Source: a virus
Lineage: Duplodnaviria > Caudoviricetes
Direction: 5' to 3' (one strand)
Length of the DNA: 64,000 nucleotides
Virus record (IMG/VR): IMGVR_UViG_3300033175_000001
Location: 1 to 64,000 of that record
Under the pieces are notes generated by a model. It did not search any database, was not told where the DNA came from, and saw only the letters and a program-made list of their open reading frames with translations. Position 1 is the first letter of the stretch, and every line of letters starts with the position of its first letter. The translations under genes and the position numbers were made by a program. Below are positions 17,025-26,540 of the stretch, piece after piece.

Positions 17025-17669
17025 CTAATACTGAACTCTATCTGGACGGAGTTTAACGCCAGACTCTATCTTCGCTCTCAACGATGGTGACTTGCAACCT
17101 GTAAATACTAAAAGCCGTGGGTCTACCGTAAAAATATTACCTATTGAGGGTGCGTCTAAGCAACCGCAGCCCCGCACATCACCGTCAGGTTTAATATAAA
17201 TATTAGGTGAAATGCAAGCGTACGCATTGCCGAAATCTTTTCCCCTGCCAGTCCTCCCTACAAAATGAGAAGTTAATAAATGCCCCTCATAAGCCTTATA
17301 TACCTCGTCGCTTACGCACTCATGGTACCTATCATAACTTACCATTGCCCGCAACTTTCCTTCTGAAGAGTCCGCCAACTTCTTTAATTTTAAAGCTACT
17401 TCGGTTATTTTACCGTTTATCGCTATAAGAATATACTTAAAATCCCTCTGTAATATTAACTCCGTCCATTCCAGAAAATTCTCATGCATTGTAGGCTCCC
17501 CGCCAGTTAAAACTACCCTGTCTGGATTTATACTTTCGAGGACATCCAAACATTTTACATAAGTTTTAAAATCCATAGGACGTTCGTACCCTACCTCCCC
17601 TTCGACTGTTGAATTCTGCGAACAAAAGGCACAGTGCATATTACATTGTGTTAATAATTGAATGTGCAT
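17025..17669 (-). CDS. Radical SAM protein with Twitch/SPASM-like tail, paralog of the neighbour
   Basis: CNMHCAFC, TGGEP, C...YIKPDGDVRGCGC. Confidence 0.85.
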   Translation of the reverse strand: MHIQLLTQCNMHCAFCSQNSTVEGEVGYERPMDFKTYVKCLDVLESINPDRVVLTGGEPTMHENFLEWTELILQRDFKYILIAINGKITEVALKLKKLADSSEGKLRAMVSYDRYHECVSDEVYKAYEGHLLTSHFVGRTGRGKDFGNAYACISPNIYIKPDGDVRGCGCLDAPSIGNIFTVDPRLLVFTGCKSPSLRAKIESGVKLRPDRVQY

Positions 17670-17870
17670 CTAAAATACCTTCGCCCTTCCAGCTTTTAAA
17701 TCCTCCATTATCTGCCTTGCCTCCTTCTCCGTATTACCGTCTGGTTCAAATGCCTCTTCGGAAATAATGAACTGATCCAGAATAAACTGAGGAATATTAT
17801 TCCTGTCTTCTACAATAATGGCATTCCTTCTTCCTGTAGTTTTATGGGTTACATAAATAGTGTCCATCAA
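17670..17870 (-). CDS. 66-aa peptide paralogous to the N-terminus of the DUF4376 protein
   Basis: KTTGRRNAIIVEDRNNIPQFILDQF versus KQTGEYSNIFIEDSSNIPSFILNNF. Confidence 0.7.
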   Translation of the reverse strand: MMDTIYVTHKTTGRRNAIIVEDRNNIPQFILDQFIISEEAFEPDGNTEKEARQIMEDLKAGRAKVF

Positions 17871-18475
17871 GCCTCCAATCTACGCTTAGCTGAAATATAA
17901 TAATCTTCCACAAGCTCAAACCCGCAATACGAACATCCTGCCTTCTTAAATGCCAGTAACGAAGAGCCTGAACCTACATGAGTATCAAGTATATTAAACT
18001 CCCTCCTCGCACAGATAGATAATACCCACTCATATAATGCCTCCGGTTTCTGCATTGGGTGAATGAAATCTCTACCTATAAAATCTTCGCCCCATTTCTG
18101 CCTCACATTTGGATCATTTGGATCAAAAACTCTTACGCAACCTCTAAAAGAAGTCCACGCCATCTCAGCATTATGAAACTTAGAATTAAAATTCTTCCTC
18201 CAAATAAGCCACGCTCCAGTTGGCTGGAGATAATCTGTAAAATAATTGCCTCCCCAAATAACCTGATTCTGACTTACTCTAAACAACTCATCAAAATACT
18301 CTTTGCTCGGACGAGGTTGCTTAAAACATTCAAGATTCAATCCAGTAAAAATCTTTTCCTCTCTGGATAAGTCTCTATCCTCCCCCCACGGCGGATCAAC
18401 TATTGCCAGATCGAAGAATTTATCTGGAAATTCTTTCATGCCTTCAATACAATCTATATTCCTAAAAGTGTGCAT
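17867..18475 (-). CDS. DNA methyltransferase, N4-C/N6-A beta class
   Basis: DCIEGM, DLAIVDPPW, HPMQKP, ILDTHVGSGSS, GFEL; true start ATG 18475 overlaps the fibre stop (TAATG). Confidence 0.88.
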   Translation of the reverse strand: MHTFRNIDCIEGMKEFPDKFFDLAIVDPPWGEDRDLSREEKIFTGLNLECFKQPRPSKEYFDELFRVSQNQVIWGGNYFTDYLQPTGAWLIWRKNFNSKFHNAEMAWTSFRGCVRVFDPNDPNVRQKWGEDFIGRDFIHPMQKPEALYEWVLSICARREFNILDTHVGSGSSLLAFKKAGCSYCGFELVEDYYISAKRRLEA

Positions 18476-21400
18476 TACCAGTATATCCTTATTACGCCGT
18501 TTCCGCCTGCGCCACCAGCAGCTCCGTTGACCCAGCCAGAAGTAGCCTTGCAGCCTCCTGCACCGGCTCCGCCGCCTCCATTTGCACCTACTCCACCTAC
18601 CGCTCCAGGACTGCCCGCAGACGCAGAACCCGCACCTCCGATTGCGACAGAAGCATCCCAAGGACTTGCGCCTCCATTGCCTCCATTACCTCCATTGCCT
18701 CCATATATCCCTCGCTTGCCTCCCTTACCTCCATTTACTCCTCCACCATCTGCGCCATCCGCCGAGTCTTGGACTCCCGCTAACCCTTCCTGGCCTCTCA
18801 ACCCTCCCACATAAGTTCCGCCTCCAGGAGTATCGTTCGGCACTGGATTTCCATTTGAACCGGCTCCAGGCATGCCTACACCACCAAAAAATGCATTGCC
18901 TCCTCCAGAGGGTTCTGTTGTGTAGCCAGCAGTTTCGGCAGCAGATGGCGCTGCTTGAGCTCCACCACCTCCTCCTCCGCCATAATTATAATCAGTGTAG
19001 TAGTCTGCGTCATACTTGCCAGCACCTCCACCAGCACCTCCACCAGCACCTCCTGTAGGCACAGAAGTAGTATCTTCCACCACATACGTCTTACCGCCAG
19101 CATACGAACGACAAGTTCTTGGGTACGAAGGTGCATATACGCCTGTGGAAGTACCTCCTGCGCCAATTACAATATTTATTAACGTACCTATTCCAATACC
19201 AAAACTCGGTATTCTTAAATATTTGACTCCTGCGCCGCCTCCAGCTCCACCACCTCCTGTGCAGTTAGTAGAAGTACTTTGCCCTGGACCTCCAGATCCC
19301 CCGGCTCCTCCGCCTCCAATAAGCAAGAACCCAAAGTGCCTACCAACTTCTGTAAAAGTAAAGGATCCAGACGCAAACATATCATGATGCCCATTCTGCC
19401 CTTCTGGGCATGTGAAGTCCACCCCGTTACAGGCAGCCGTATAAGTTAACCCAGAGCCTGCCCTTATCTTAAAGCTCGCTCCGGTAGCCCCTTTAATCGT
19501 AATATAATAATCCCATACGCCTCCTGGAGTCGTAGTATTATTTACAACATTCCAATTTTTCACTTCTAAGGGAAAAGTAACATTGCGCGGGCCATCAACT
19601 TCTCCTATTAAAACTATTGTTCCATTAGCTGCCTCTTCTGGAGACAACACAACATCTCCAGTAGATACATCAATATCTACTGAACCCAAAAATGAGTTAA
19701 CGTAAGTCTTTACCGCCCGCTCGGTTGGAATATTATCATCACTATTATCTCCAAGTGAACCATCTGTGGATACTTTTGGCCCAAAAACAACCTCATCCTC
19801 CGAACCAGACACCTTAACTAACCTCTCCCCTTCGCCAACGTAAGAAGAGGGTGTATCGCTTAACCCAGTAAAATTACCTGGAGCAGCATCTCCAAATTCA
19901 AGCCCAGACTCATCCCCTTTCACCTTAACAATCTTCCCGCCCTGAGCTGAATAAGTATCAGGAGTATCCAAAAGACCGGCAAAAGTATCCTCTTCCTCGA
20001 TATCCAAAGCAAGGATATTGAAAAGCTCTTCAATATACGCAGGAAGAGTATCCCATGGATTTGGAGCGTCATCATCTGTTACATAAATATTCCCCAAATA
20101 CTTCTTCATCATTTTAATAGAAGTCGCATCAAGGGAAGCCTGGCCATAGACCAGCCCTGCGAATCTCTCTAAATTATAATCTCTCGGAGTCCCTGCCCAG
20201 GTATCTCCAAAAAGAGTATGCTCGGTTGGATAACTGGCTCCCTCTGCCGTTACATAAATATCACAGCACTCTCCATCGAGATAAGCCTGTGGAAGCTGTG
20301 TGCCAGGATTCCCTATTATTGGAAATAACCCTTTTGAATGCCCGTATGCTTTTATCTCCTGAAAATCGGCAACCCGGTTACCGTCATTCGGCATCTCATC
20401 TAAAAATATACCGTCAATACCTGGATACAATGAAAGCCAGGTATCCATCTCAGCTTTAATATCCACGACGGACTTCTCGCCAACGCCCGAATACCCCGTT
20501 GCGATGTACCCAAGAGTCTTTCCCTTTGCACCCTGAAGAAGCGTAATTGCCACGGTATAATTCCCGTCGGTAACTGTACCCGGCCCACTCGCAGGATTTA
20601 ATATTGCCATTACAGGAACTTTTGGATACTTCCTCATGGCTTTTATCAGCTCACCGTAAGGAGTTGTGGTGGTATCCCAGGTATCGTTAACCCGAAGATC
20701 ATTCGGATAAATATACATCGGGATAAGCATCCCTGTATTCTTATTCAAATCCTTATTAAGAAAATCTACTTCATTTGCTTTATCATGGAATTCAAGCCCA
20801 GACTCATCACTCTTTACACGAACTTCCTGTAAACCCTTTCCAGAATAAGACGCAGGCGCATCCGTAAGCTCAGTAAACGCTGCTGCCATATCCCCAAATT
20901 CGAGCCCGTCTTCCCCAGGCTTAACCATTACTGCTTTTCCAGCCTGCCCTGTATAATCTGATGGGGTATCTTCCATATCCAGAAAATCATTGTCCCTGAA
21001 CTCCAGCCCATCTTCGGCAGCCTTTACATTTACTTTCTTTCCTCCCTGCCCAGAATAGGATGATGGGACGTCTTCAAGGTCTGTAAATACATCAGTCTCA
21101 GGGTCGCCAAACTCCAAGCCATCCTCGGTTGCTTTTACCTTTACTACCTTATTTGCATGCCCTGTATAAGAAGCAGGAACATCCTGAAGTTCTGTAAAAT
21201 GATCAGGAACATCTGCAAATTCAATTCCGGTTTCATCCATCTTGACAACCACCATCTTGCCCGCCTCTCCGGTATAGGAAGAAGGTGCATCTACAAGATT
21301 AAGGAACCCAAAAACATCCAGAAAATCCCTCAGCGACCGTGTTGAATTATTGTACCTCGGAACAAACTTATCCGATATTTTATCGATGGGCATTTTAAAA

Positions 21401-22887
21401 TTGAAGTTTGCAAACCCCCAGTCATCCAAAGAATACCCTGAAGGAAGTTTTATCCGCCCTGTGACGGCATCTATCCCTATATAAGTACCATATTCCCAAC
21501 TCGTCCAGACACCATCATCTGAAAAATCCACAGGAATAATGTCCAGCTCCCCTCGTTCATCCGGAGCCAATCCGCCGATAATGTTATCGTCCGCAGGCAC
21601 ACGAAGCACAGGCATTGAAGCCCCTGCTCCGTTGAGAATATCAATAACGTCATTTGATTTATACAACCCGGGAGTAGGCTTAAAATATAACTGGAAATAC
21701 GCCTCTTCCATTGACCCGCTTATATTTGAATAGATAAACGGCTGGTTCACATAAGACCCATCTGCCACATAAATATGATAATGATATGCGGCTCCCGGAG
21801 TAAAAATATCTATTTCATGTTCAACATGGAACCATCCATCAACAGATAAATCTCCAAAGGATACCAGTCGATTAAGAATCTCAGTATCCGTATCATCATG
21901 AATTATTACCCTCAACTGGGCAAATCCTGATCCAACAGTATGACATTTAAACCGTGACCATTTATGCGTAGTCGAATTCAATCCCACCGGAAAAGTAAAC
22001 GGCATCTTATCCGCCGCCAACTCGGATAACGAAGTCTTTAGCCCCACAGAGAGGTCGGCACCCGTAACTCTAAAAGCCGCTTTCCTGCTCGTTGCATATT
22101 CCTGGTCAATATCGAACCGTGAAAGGATTGACCCATCCTCTTTACAAAAGAAAGTATATGTGTCCACCAACGGTTCAGAAATAAGTTTCCCTCTACGCGA
22201 ATCCATCTGATGAATACTGCTAAAACCACCTCGGAACTTAAATACCCGGCTTATTATACCAGATATTGAATTTAACTTATCCTGAACTGACTGAGACAGC
22301 CAGCTTTCGATAATAGACTTCTCCTCTATAGATATGTTCCCAAAATTAAAATACGATACCGGAGACCTTGACCCGACATCCACAGAAATAATATTTCCAG
22401 AAACGACCATGAAACTACCCACACATAGCTCCGTATCCAGCGTAGGCACACTCTGATCCACAAAAAGCTCAAGCGCATCAATGGTCTCCCAATAATATGT
22501 TTCTGAAACGAATACCTTCTGCCTTTGTGAACCGTAATCACTCTCCGCATATTTATATTTTACGTAGTACGTCCCATCGCCTGCAGAAATATCAGGAGTA
22601 TAGTTCGGAATAACTGCTCGGTACACCGGCCTGAGTATTCCCTTCTCATCAAATACAAATCCTTTAACTTCCGGAATAGAAATCTGAGTACCTGACACCA
22701 GGGCAAGATTCGATACGCCATAAAATAAACTTGGTACATTCTTTACCAGGTCATTTATTAAATCTCCGAGCTTACCATCCAGGTAATCCATATCCTGAAT
22801 ATAATCTTCCGGAAACTGTTGATCTTTATCTTTTAACGGAATAAGTCCATTAAGTTTCAGAGTGGTTCGTTGCCTATTCTGTGGCAT
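18475..22887 (-). CDS. Long tail fibre: baseplate-anchoring N-terminus, seven about 35-aa repeats, spherulin-4 (GH135) domain, Gly-rich C-terminal domain
   Basis: Follows the wedge genes; FxxLxDxPxSYxG...VKxxEDGLEF repeats; LIPMYIYP, ILNPASGPG, GYIATGY, DGIFLDEM, GNPG; Gly-rich tail. Confidence 0.85.
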   Translation of the reverse strand: MPQNRQRTTLKLNGLIPLKDKDQQFPEDYIQDMDYLDGKLGDLINDLVKNVPSLFYGVSNLALVSGTQISIPEVKGFVFDEKGILRPVYRAVIPNYTPDISAGDGTYYVKYKYAESDYGSQRQKVFVSETYYWETIDALELFVDQSVPTLDTELCVGSFMVVSGNIISVDVGSRSPVSYFNFGNISIEEKSIIESWLSQSVQDKLNSISGIISRVFKFRGGFSSIHQMDSRRGKLISEPLVDTYTFFCKEDGSILSRFDIDQEYATSRKAAFRVTGADLSVGLKTSLSELAADKMPFTFPVGLNSTTHKWSRFKCHTVGSGFAQLRVIIHDDTDTEILNRLVSFGDLSVDGWFHVEHEIDIFTPGAAYHYHIYVADGSYVNQPFIYSNISGSMEEAYFQLYFKPTPGLYKSNDVIDILNGAGASMPVLRVPADDNIIGGLAPDERGELDIIPVDFSDDGVWTSWEYGTYIGIDAVTGRIKLPSGYSLDDWGFANFNFKMPIDKISDKFVPRYNNSTRSLRDFLDVFGFLNLVDAPSSYTGEAGKMVVVKMDETGIEFADVPDHFTELQDVPASYTGHANKVVKVKATEDGLEFGDPETDVFTDLEDVPSSYSGQGGKKVNVKAAEDGLEFRDNDFLDMEDTPSDYTGQAGKAVMVKPGEDGLEFGDMAAAFTELTDAPASYSGKGLQEVRVKSDESGLEFHDKANEVDFLNKDLNKNTGMLIPMYIYPNDLRVNDTWDTTTTPYGELIKAMRKYPKVPVMAILNPASGPGTVTDGNYTVAITLLQGAKGKTLGYIATGYSGVGEKSVVDIKAEMDTWLSLYPGIDGIFLDEMPNDGNRVADFQEIKAYGHSKGLFPIIGNPGTQLPQAYLDGECCDIYVTAEGASYPTEHTLFGDTWAGTPRDYNLERFAGLVYGQASLDATSIKMMKKYLGNIYVTDDDAPNPWDTLPAYIEELFNILALDIEEEDTFAGLLDTPDTYSAQGGKIVKVKGDESGLEFGDAAPGNFTGLSDTPSSYVGEGERLVKVSGSEDEVVFGPKVSTDGSLGDNSDDNIPTERAVKTYVNSFLGSVDIDVSTGDVVLSPEEAANGTIVLIGEVDGPRNVTFPLEVKNWNVVNNTTTPGGVWDYYITIKGATGASFKIRAGSGLTYTAACNGVDFTCPEGQNGHHDMFASGSFTFTEVGRHFGFLLIGGGGAGGSGGPGQSTSTNCTGGGGAGGGAGVKYLRIPSFGIGIGTLINIVIGAGGTSTGVYAPSYPRTCRSYAGGKTYVVEDTTSVPTGGAGGGAGGGAGKYDADYYTDYNYGGGGGGGAQAAPSAAETAGYTTEPSGGGNAFFGGVGMPGAGSNGNPVPNDTPGGGTYVGGLRGQEGLAGVQDSADGADGGGVNGGKGGKRGIYGGNGGNGGNGGASPWDASVAIGGAGSASAGSPGAVGGVGANGGGGAGAGGCKATSGWVNGAAGGAGGNGVIRIYW
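19783..19983 (-). repeat. Two coding repeats of the tail fibre after the GH135 domain
   Basis: FAGLLDTPDTYSAQGGKIVKVKGDESGLEF and FTGLSDTPSSYVGEGERLVKVSGSEDEVVF. Confidence 0.8.
20788..21306 (-). repeat. Five coding repeats of the tail fibre before the GH135 domain
   Basis: For example FTELQDVPASYTGHANKVVKVKATEDGLEF and FTDLEDVPSSYSGQGGKKVNVKAAEDGLEF. Confidence 0.85.
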
Positions 22888-22898
22888 GTCACAACCTC

Positions 22899-23546
22899 CT
22901 AATAAATTTGCCTATATTCATACCAGCCCGCTCCAGATAAATCTCCTATAAAATACCTGAAGAACGCCGCACCTGCATATTCAATAATCCGGGTAATCTT
23001 TCTTATCACCATTGGACTTAACCCTGCAAGTTTAAGGTTTATATATATCTCCCCTCTTTGCTGAAGGTTCCTATCAGGAGAGTTCTTTGAACGCCATGTC
23101 ATTCCCCCACCCTCTAAAAGCTCCTTTGATCCCCACTTCATAAAATCGTAAGGAGGTGGAATTGGGTTATTCTTACTTTCCCAAATATCATACGCCTCAA
23201 ATGGAGGTATGATCTGCGGTCTTACTCCCGTAACTTCTTCTATCAAATCAAGTATTGATCCTTCCTGCCCCTTCACTTTATGCCTTGAAGTTGCTGTCCA
23301 AATCTTCTTACGCTTGATTATACTTTCTTCTCCATATTCCGCTCTGCCATGGATAGCAAAAGACACAAAAGGAAGAAACTCATCTGGACACTTATCCTCA
23401 TCCCAGAAATCCTTCATCCCGAGAACAGCATTCCTCAAATCCTCATCGATACCGTCCATTATTACGGCAAGTTCAGCCCACCCTGCATCCCCGGAATTCT
23501 GGATAGAATCTGGAAATTCACTGAAGAATGGATCGTAAATTCCCAT
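22899..23546 (-). CDS. Baseplate wedge protein (P2 gpI-like)
   Basis: WDEDKCPDEFLPF...HKVKGQ; position after the gpJ-like gene. Confidence 0.7.
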   Translation of the reverse strand: MGIYDPFFSEFPDSIQNSGDAGWAELAVIMDGIDEDLRNAVLGMKDFWDEDKCPDEFLPFVSFAIHGRAEYGEESIIKRKKIWTATSRHKVKGQEGSILDLIEEVTGVRPQIIPPFEAYDIWESKNNPIPPPYDFMKWGSKELLEGGGMTWRSKNSPDRNLQQRGEIYINLKLAGLSPMVIRKITRIIEYAGAAFFRYFIGDLSGAGWYEYRQIY

Positions 23547-25183
23547 TATTCAACCTCACAGAAACATGAAGTATGCAATGCGACTCCTGATGAAGACGAT
23601 GGAGCAAATAACACTCCAGCAGAAACACTGCTTCCTACAGCTATGCCATCATTTACAATACGTTCAGGTTTATCCGCTTCCATAAATGATAAAGTACCCG
23701 CTGAAGAAATCTTATTCAAATCAATGGCCTGTATATTTGCAGGAGCCACTACGATAATCTCATCAATCCCGTCCACCTGATCCGTCAAAGAATAGAATTC
23801 ATTTGAGAATATATCCTTACTCCACGCCCGCACTTCCGACTCATTTATCATGTTTTTTATTATTCGGCAAACTACATCATCACTTGAATCGAACGAAAAA
23901 CTCCACAGAGAATTTATATAATCCACAGTATTAGCAATTCCCTCTGAAAGAAGCGCCTCTTTAAGCTCTGCAGTACACTCACCTACAACCAACCTGGCCG
24001 CCAACTGAGCATAAGGCAGCACCTCAGCATAAGTATATCCTTCCTCTGGAAGAATCTCTATAATGACATCCACCGGCTGATAGTCCGCCGTATCTACCTG
24101 AACAAATATTGAAGAAAGGAGCGTCTTGCCCTTTAGATAATCAGTCAGATTACTCTTTAATGACTCGCTCGCAGCCCCGCCACCATTTGGCACGATCTGG
24201 ACTCTTACAGAAAGAAGACCGTAATAATTCGGCTGAACAAAAGCCCTCGCAACTCCCGGATACTTCATTGACATTGCCCAAAAGTCATCTGACGAAACAC
24301 ACCTATCCTGAGCGGCTACAAGCAGCGGAGCAAGTGTCTTTATTCTATCGATACTTTCTTCCCCTGCCCCTCCGGAAGTTCTCGCAGGGTTTGTTACTTC
24401 CTTAACATAAGCATCCTGACCAGTATATACTGAAATCTTGCCAGCAGATAAATTCCCTCTCGTTCCGCCTCCATACCATGCAGTCAATATGGCTTCAAAG
24501 CCAGCAGGGAATTTCTGCCCATAGACACCATTCCCACCTCGGACCTTTACAGTCTTATCATACAGATATAATACTCTAAAGTGCCTATCGAGATTACCAC
24601 TATCAAAGAAATGCTCAACCTCTTCCCAAATTTCTCCATTTATAGTCATGGACGCAGATCCAATGACCATACTCTCCCTCGGAACTATGACCTCTTCAAA
24701 CTCACTTCCTACCAAAACTGCCGGAAGAGTGTCTGAATACTGCGCCCCTTCCATTACCGGGATATTCTCAACCAAAGAATTGAAAGTGTGATCTGCCAAT
24801 GCTGAAAACCTTACCGGATTCCCACCAACAGCAACCTGAGTTTGAAATACCAAATCTGCTTTAGATATTGTATGCGGTAAAGTTACCGACGGTAAAAGCG
24901 TTACCTGAATTTCCCCTGTGGCACATGAGGGTGTCGAAGGAGTATAATCAAGATACCTTGCAAAATCATACACCGCCTGCTTGGTATACATTGAGTGAAA
25001 CATATTATTATTAGCTCTGGCATCAATATAACTTGCCAATATATCCGCCCTGGCTGCTAAAAGAACCTTCACCCATTCCGGCTTATCCGCAAATAACTCA
25101 TGCGAATTTATGGCGTTCATCCACTCCATGAACGTCAAAGTCTTATAATTAAATGGCTGTAATTTTATATCGCTATCAGACAT
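23546..25183 (-). CDS. Baseplate J-like wedge protein
   Basis: GGNGVYG, GGTRGNL, GGAGEES, QDRCVSSDDF motifs. Confidence 0.85.
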   Translation of the reverse strand: MSDSDIKLQPFNYKTLTFMEWMNAINSHELFADKPEWVKVLLAARADILASYIDARANNNMFHSMYTKQAVYDFARYLDYTPSTPSCATGEIQVTLLPSVTLPHTISKADLVFQTQVAVGGNPVRFSALADHTFNSLVENIPVMEGAQYSDTLPAVLVGSEFEEVIVPRESMVIGSASMTINGEIWEEVEHFFDSGNLDRHFRVLYLYDKTVKVRGGNGVYGQKFPAGFEAILTAWYGGGTRGNLSAGKISVYTGQDAYVKEVTNPARTSGGAGEESIDRIKTLAPLLVAAQDRCVSSDDFWAMSMKYPGVARAFVQPNYYGLLSVRVQIVPNGGGAASESLKSNLTDYLKGKTLLSSIFVQVDTADYQPVDVIIEILPEEGYTYAEVLPYAQLAARLVVGECTAELKEALLSEGIANTVDYINSLWSFSFDSSDDVVCRIIKNMINESEVRAWSKDIFSNEFYSLTDQVDGIDEIIVVAPANIQAIDLNKISSAGTLSFMEADKPERIVNDGIAVGSSVSAGVLFAPSSSSGVALHTSCFCEVE

Positions 25184-25184
25184 A

Positions 25185-25586
25185 TCATCCTCCCACGCTC
25201 GGGATATTCACTACCACATTATTTAACGCCTCAACTGAGGGATTCTGCATGGGGACGAATACCACCAAAATTTGAACACTATTGCCCTGACGTTTTATCG
25301 CTACCATATCTGACCCTACGATAGCTCGCAGTTCTGTAGGGCATGACATATTATATTCTCCAACAGATTGCACAATCTGGGATTTATAAATAATATCCTC
25401 AAGCTCGCTATTTGCTTCATTCTCAAATTTATTAAGGAGCCCTCCCGAATTTCTCGAAAAAAGCCCCTCACCAATTTTAGTCTGCAAATAATTAAATAAG
25501 TCCCTTTTTATCTTCAATGATATCGACAAGTCATCATTATTGAAGAAATTATCCAGGGAATTTAATTGTTCAATTTCAGAAGCCAT
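25185..25586 (-). CDS. Baseplate gp25/gpW-like protein
   Basis: Size, synteny before gpJ, GEGLFSRNSGG segment. Confidence 0.6.
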   Translation of the reverse strand: MASEIEQLNSLDNFFNNDDLSISLKIKRDLFNYLQTKIGEGLFSRNSGGLLNKFENEANSELEDIIYKSQIVQSVGEYNMSCPTELRAIVGSDMVAIKRQGNSVQILVVFVPMQNPSVEALNNVVVNIPSVGG

Positions 25587-25594
25587 ATATTCTC

Positions 25595-25807
25595 CTACGG
25601 TGATGTCAAACTTCCGGGAGGTATTGGTAAAGGCCCTCCAGGAGTCCCCGACCCTGTAACTCCAGTAATACCGGCAATCCGGGCATCTACATAAGCATCA
25701 ATCGCAGCAGCAAGCTCAGACGCCTTCTTTGATGCAGACTCAGTTTGCCCGATATTTGAAAGTATTGAAACCAACTGACTCTCAAGTAATGATTTCTTTG
25801 AACTCAT
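25595..25807 (-). CDS. Small baseplate or spike-tip-associated protein
   Basis: LAAAIDAYV followed by a Gly/Pro-rich tail; follows the spike gene. Confidence 0.45.
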   Translation of the reverse strand: MSSKKSLLESQLVSILSNIGQTESASKKASELAAAIDAYVDARIAGITGVTGSGTPGGPLPIPPGSLTSP

Positions 25808-25814
25808 CGCTACC

Positions 25815-26540
25815 TCAATTATTCTTATTTACAATACTCAGTAAATTACCTGGCACCGCATACTCACTTTTCTTCGCTGAAATATTAGCTTTCTTTCCAG
25901 CTATGGCTGACTTATCCGCCGCTCTATTTGTTGGCGTAGGAGGCAATGCTGGACTTGTTGGCCCCATAGGAGCCGTATGCTTATGCTTCATTAAATCATC
26001 GTCCAGCTTTTCCAGCCTCTCATAAATATCTTTTATATATGAATCCAAAATATAGTCAATCAAAGATTTGAGCTTCTCTCCCAAAACCATCTTTTCTATT
26101 GCTGCCGCTGACCCTGCTGGTGACTTACTCTCTATCGTAAACCCTCCTAAAGCGTCATCACACATTAGGCTACTTCCAAAAGTTGCCGCCTGCATTAAGA
26201 TATACTTATTCTGTATAGGCATTGTTTCAATCATATCTGACTGTATTTCAGAAAGATATTTGGGCTGATTCACGTCCGCATCTTTAAAAAATAAAATTAC
26301 ATTATCGTCCATCTTAGGCTGAAGAAATGACCGTGGATTCCCTACCGGCATTGCCCATATATACGATAAAGGGTCTTTCGCCAAAAGCTCCTGACATTCC
26401 AGCGCAACTTTGCCCTCCGACATCACATCTGCCACCACTTTTACTTTAGCAGAGTAAGTCCGATAATATTTTAACTGATCCTTTATCTTATCAACAAGGA
26501 CATCTAAAAATAGCCCGAATTCAGACTCGTCTACCATCAT
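25815..26540 (-). CDS. Baseplate spike (gpV/Vgr OB-fold)
   Basis: OB-fold WAMP...PKMDDNVILFF and C-terminal HKH metal site. Confidence 0.75.
   Translation of the reverse strand: MMVDESEFGLFLDVLVDKIKDQLKYYRTYSAKVKVVADVMSEGKVALECQELLAKDPLSYIWAMPVGNPRSFLQPKMDDNVILFFKDADVNQPKYLSEIQSDMIETMPIQNKYILMQAATFGSSLMCDDALGGFTIESKSPAGSAAAIEKMVLGEKLKSLIDYILDSYIKDIYERLEKLDDDLMKHKHTAPMGPTSPALPPTPTNRAADKSAIAGKKANISAKKSEYAVPGNLLSIVNKNN

Noticed and set aside
18476-18661. N-terminal extension of the DNA methylase ORF (MGCFCRNRRC...)
   Set aside because: Off-frame read of the Gly-rich fibre tip; the real start is ATG 18475 at the TAATG overlap
19021-19053. 12-bp tandem repeat (AGCACCTCCACC) as a CRISPR or contingency locus
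   Set aside because: It simply encodes GGAGGGAGGGAG in the Gly-rich domain; no spacers
18475-22887. Diversity-generating retroelement targeting the tail fibre
   Set aside because: No reverse transcriptase and no template/variable repeat pair; the repeats are divergent protein repeats
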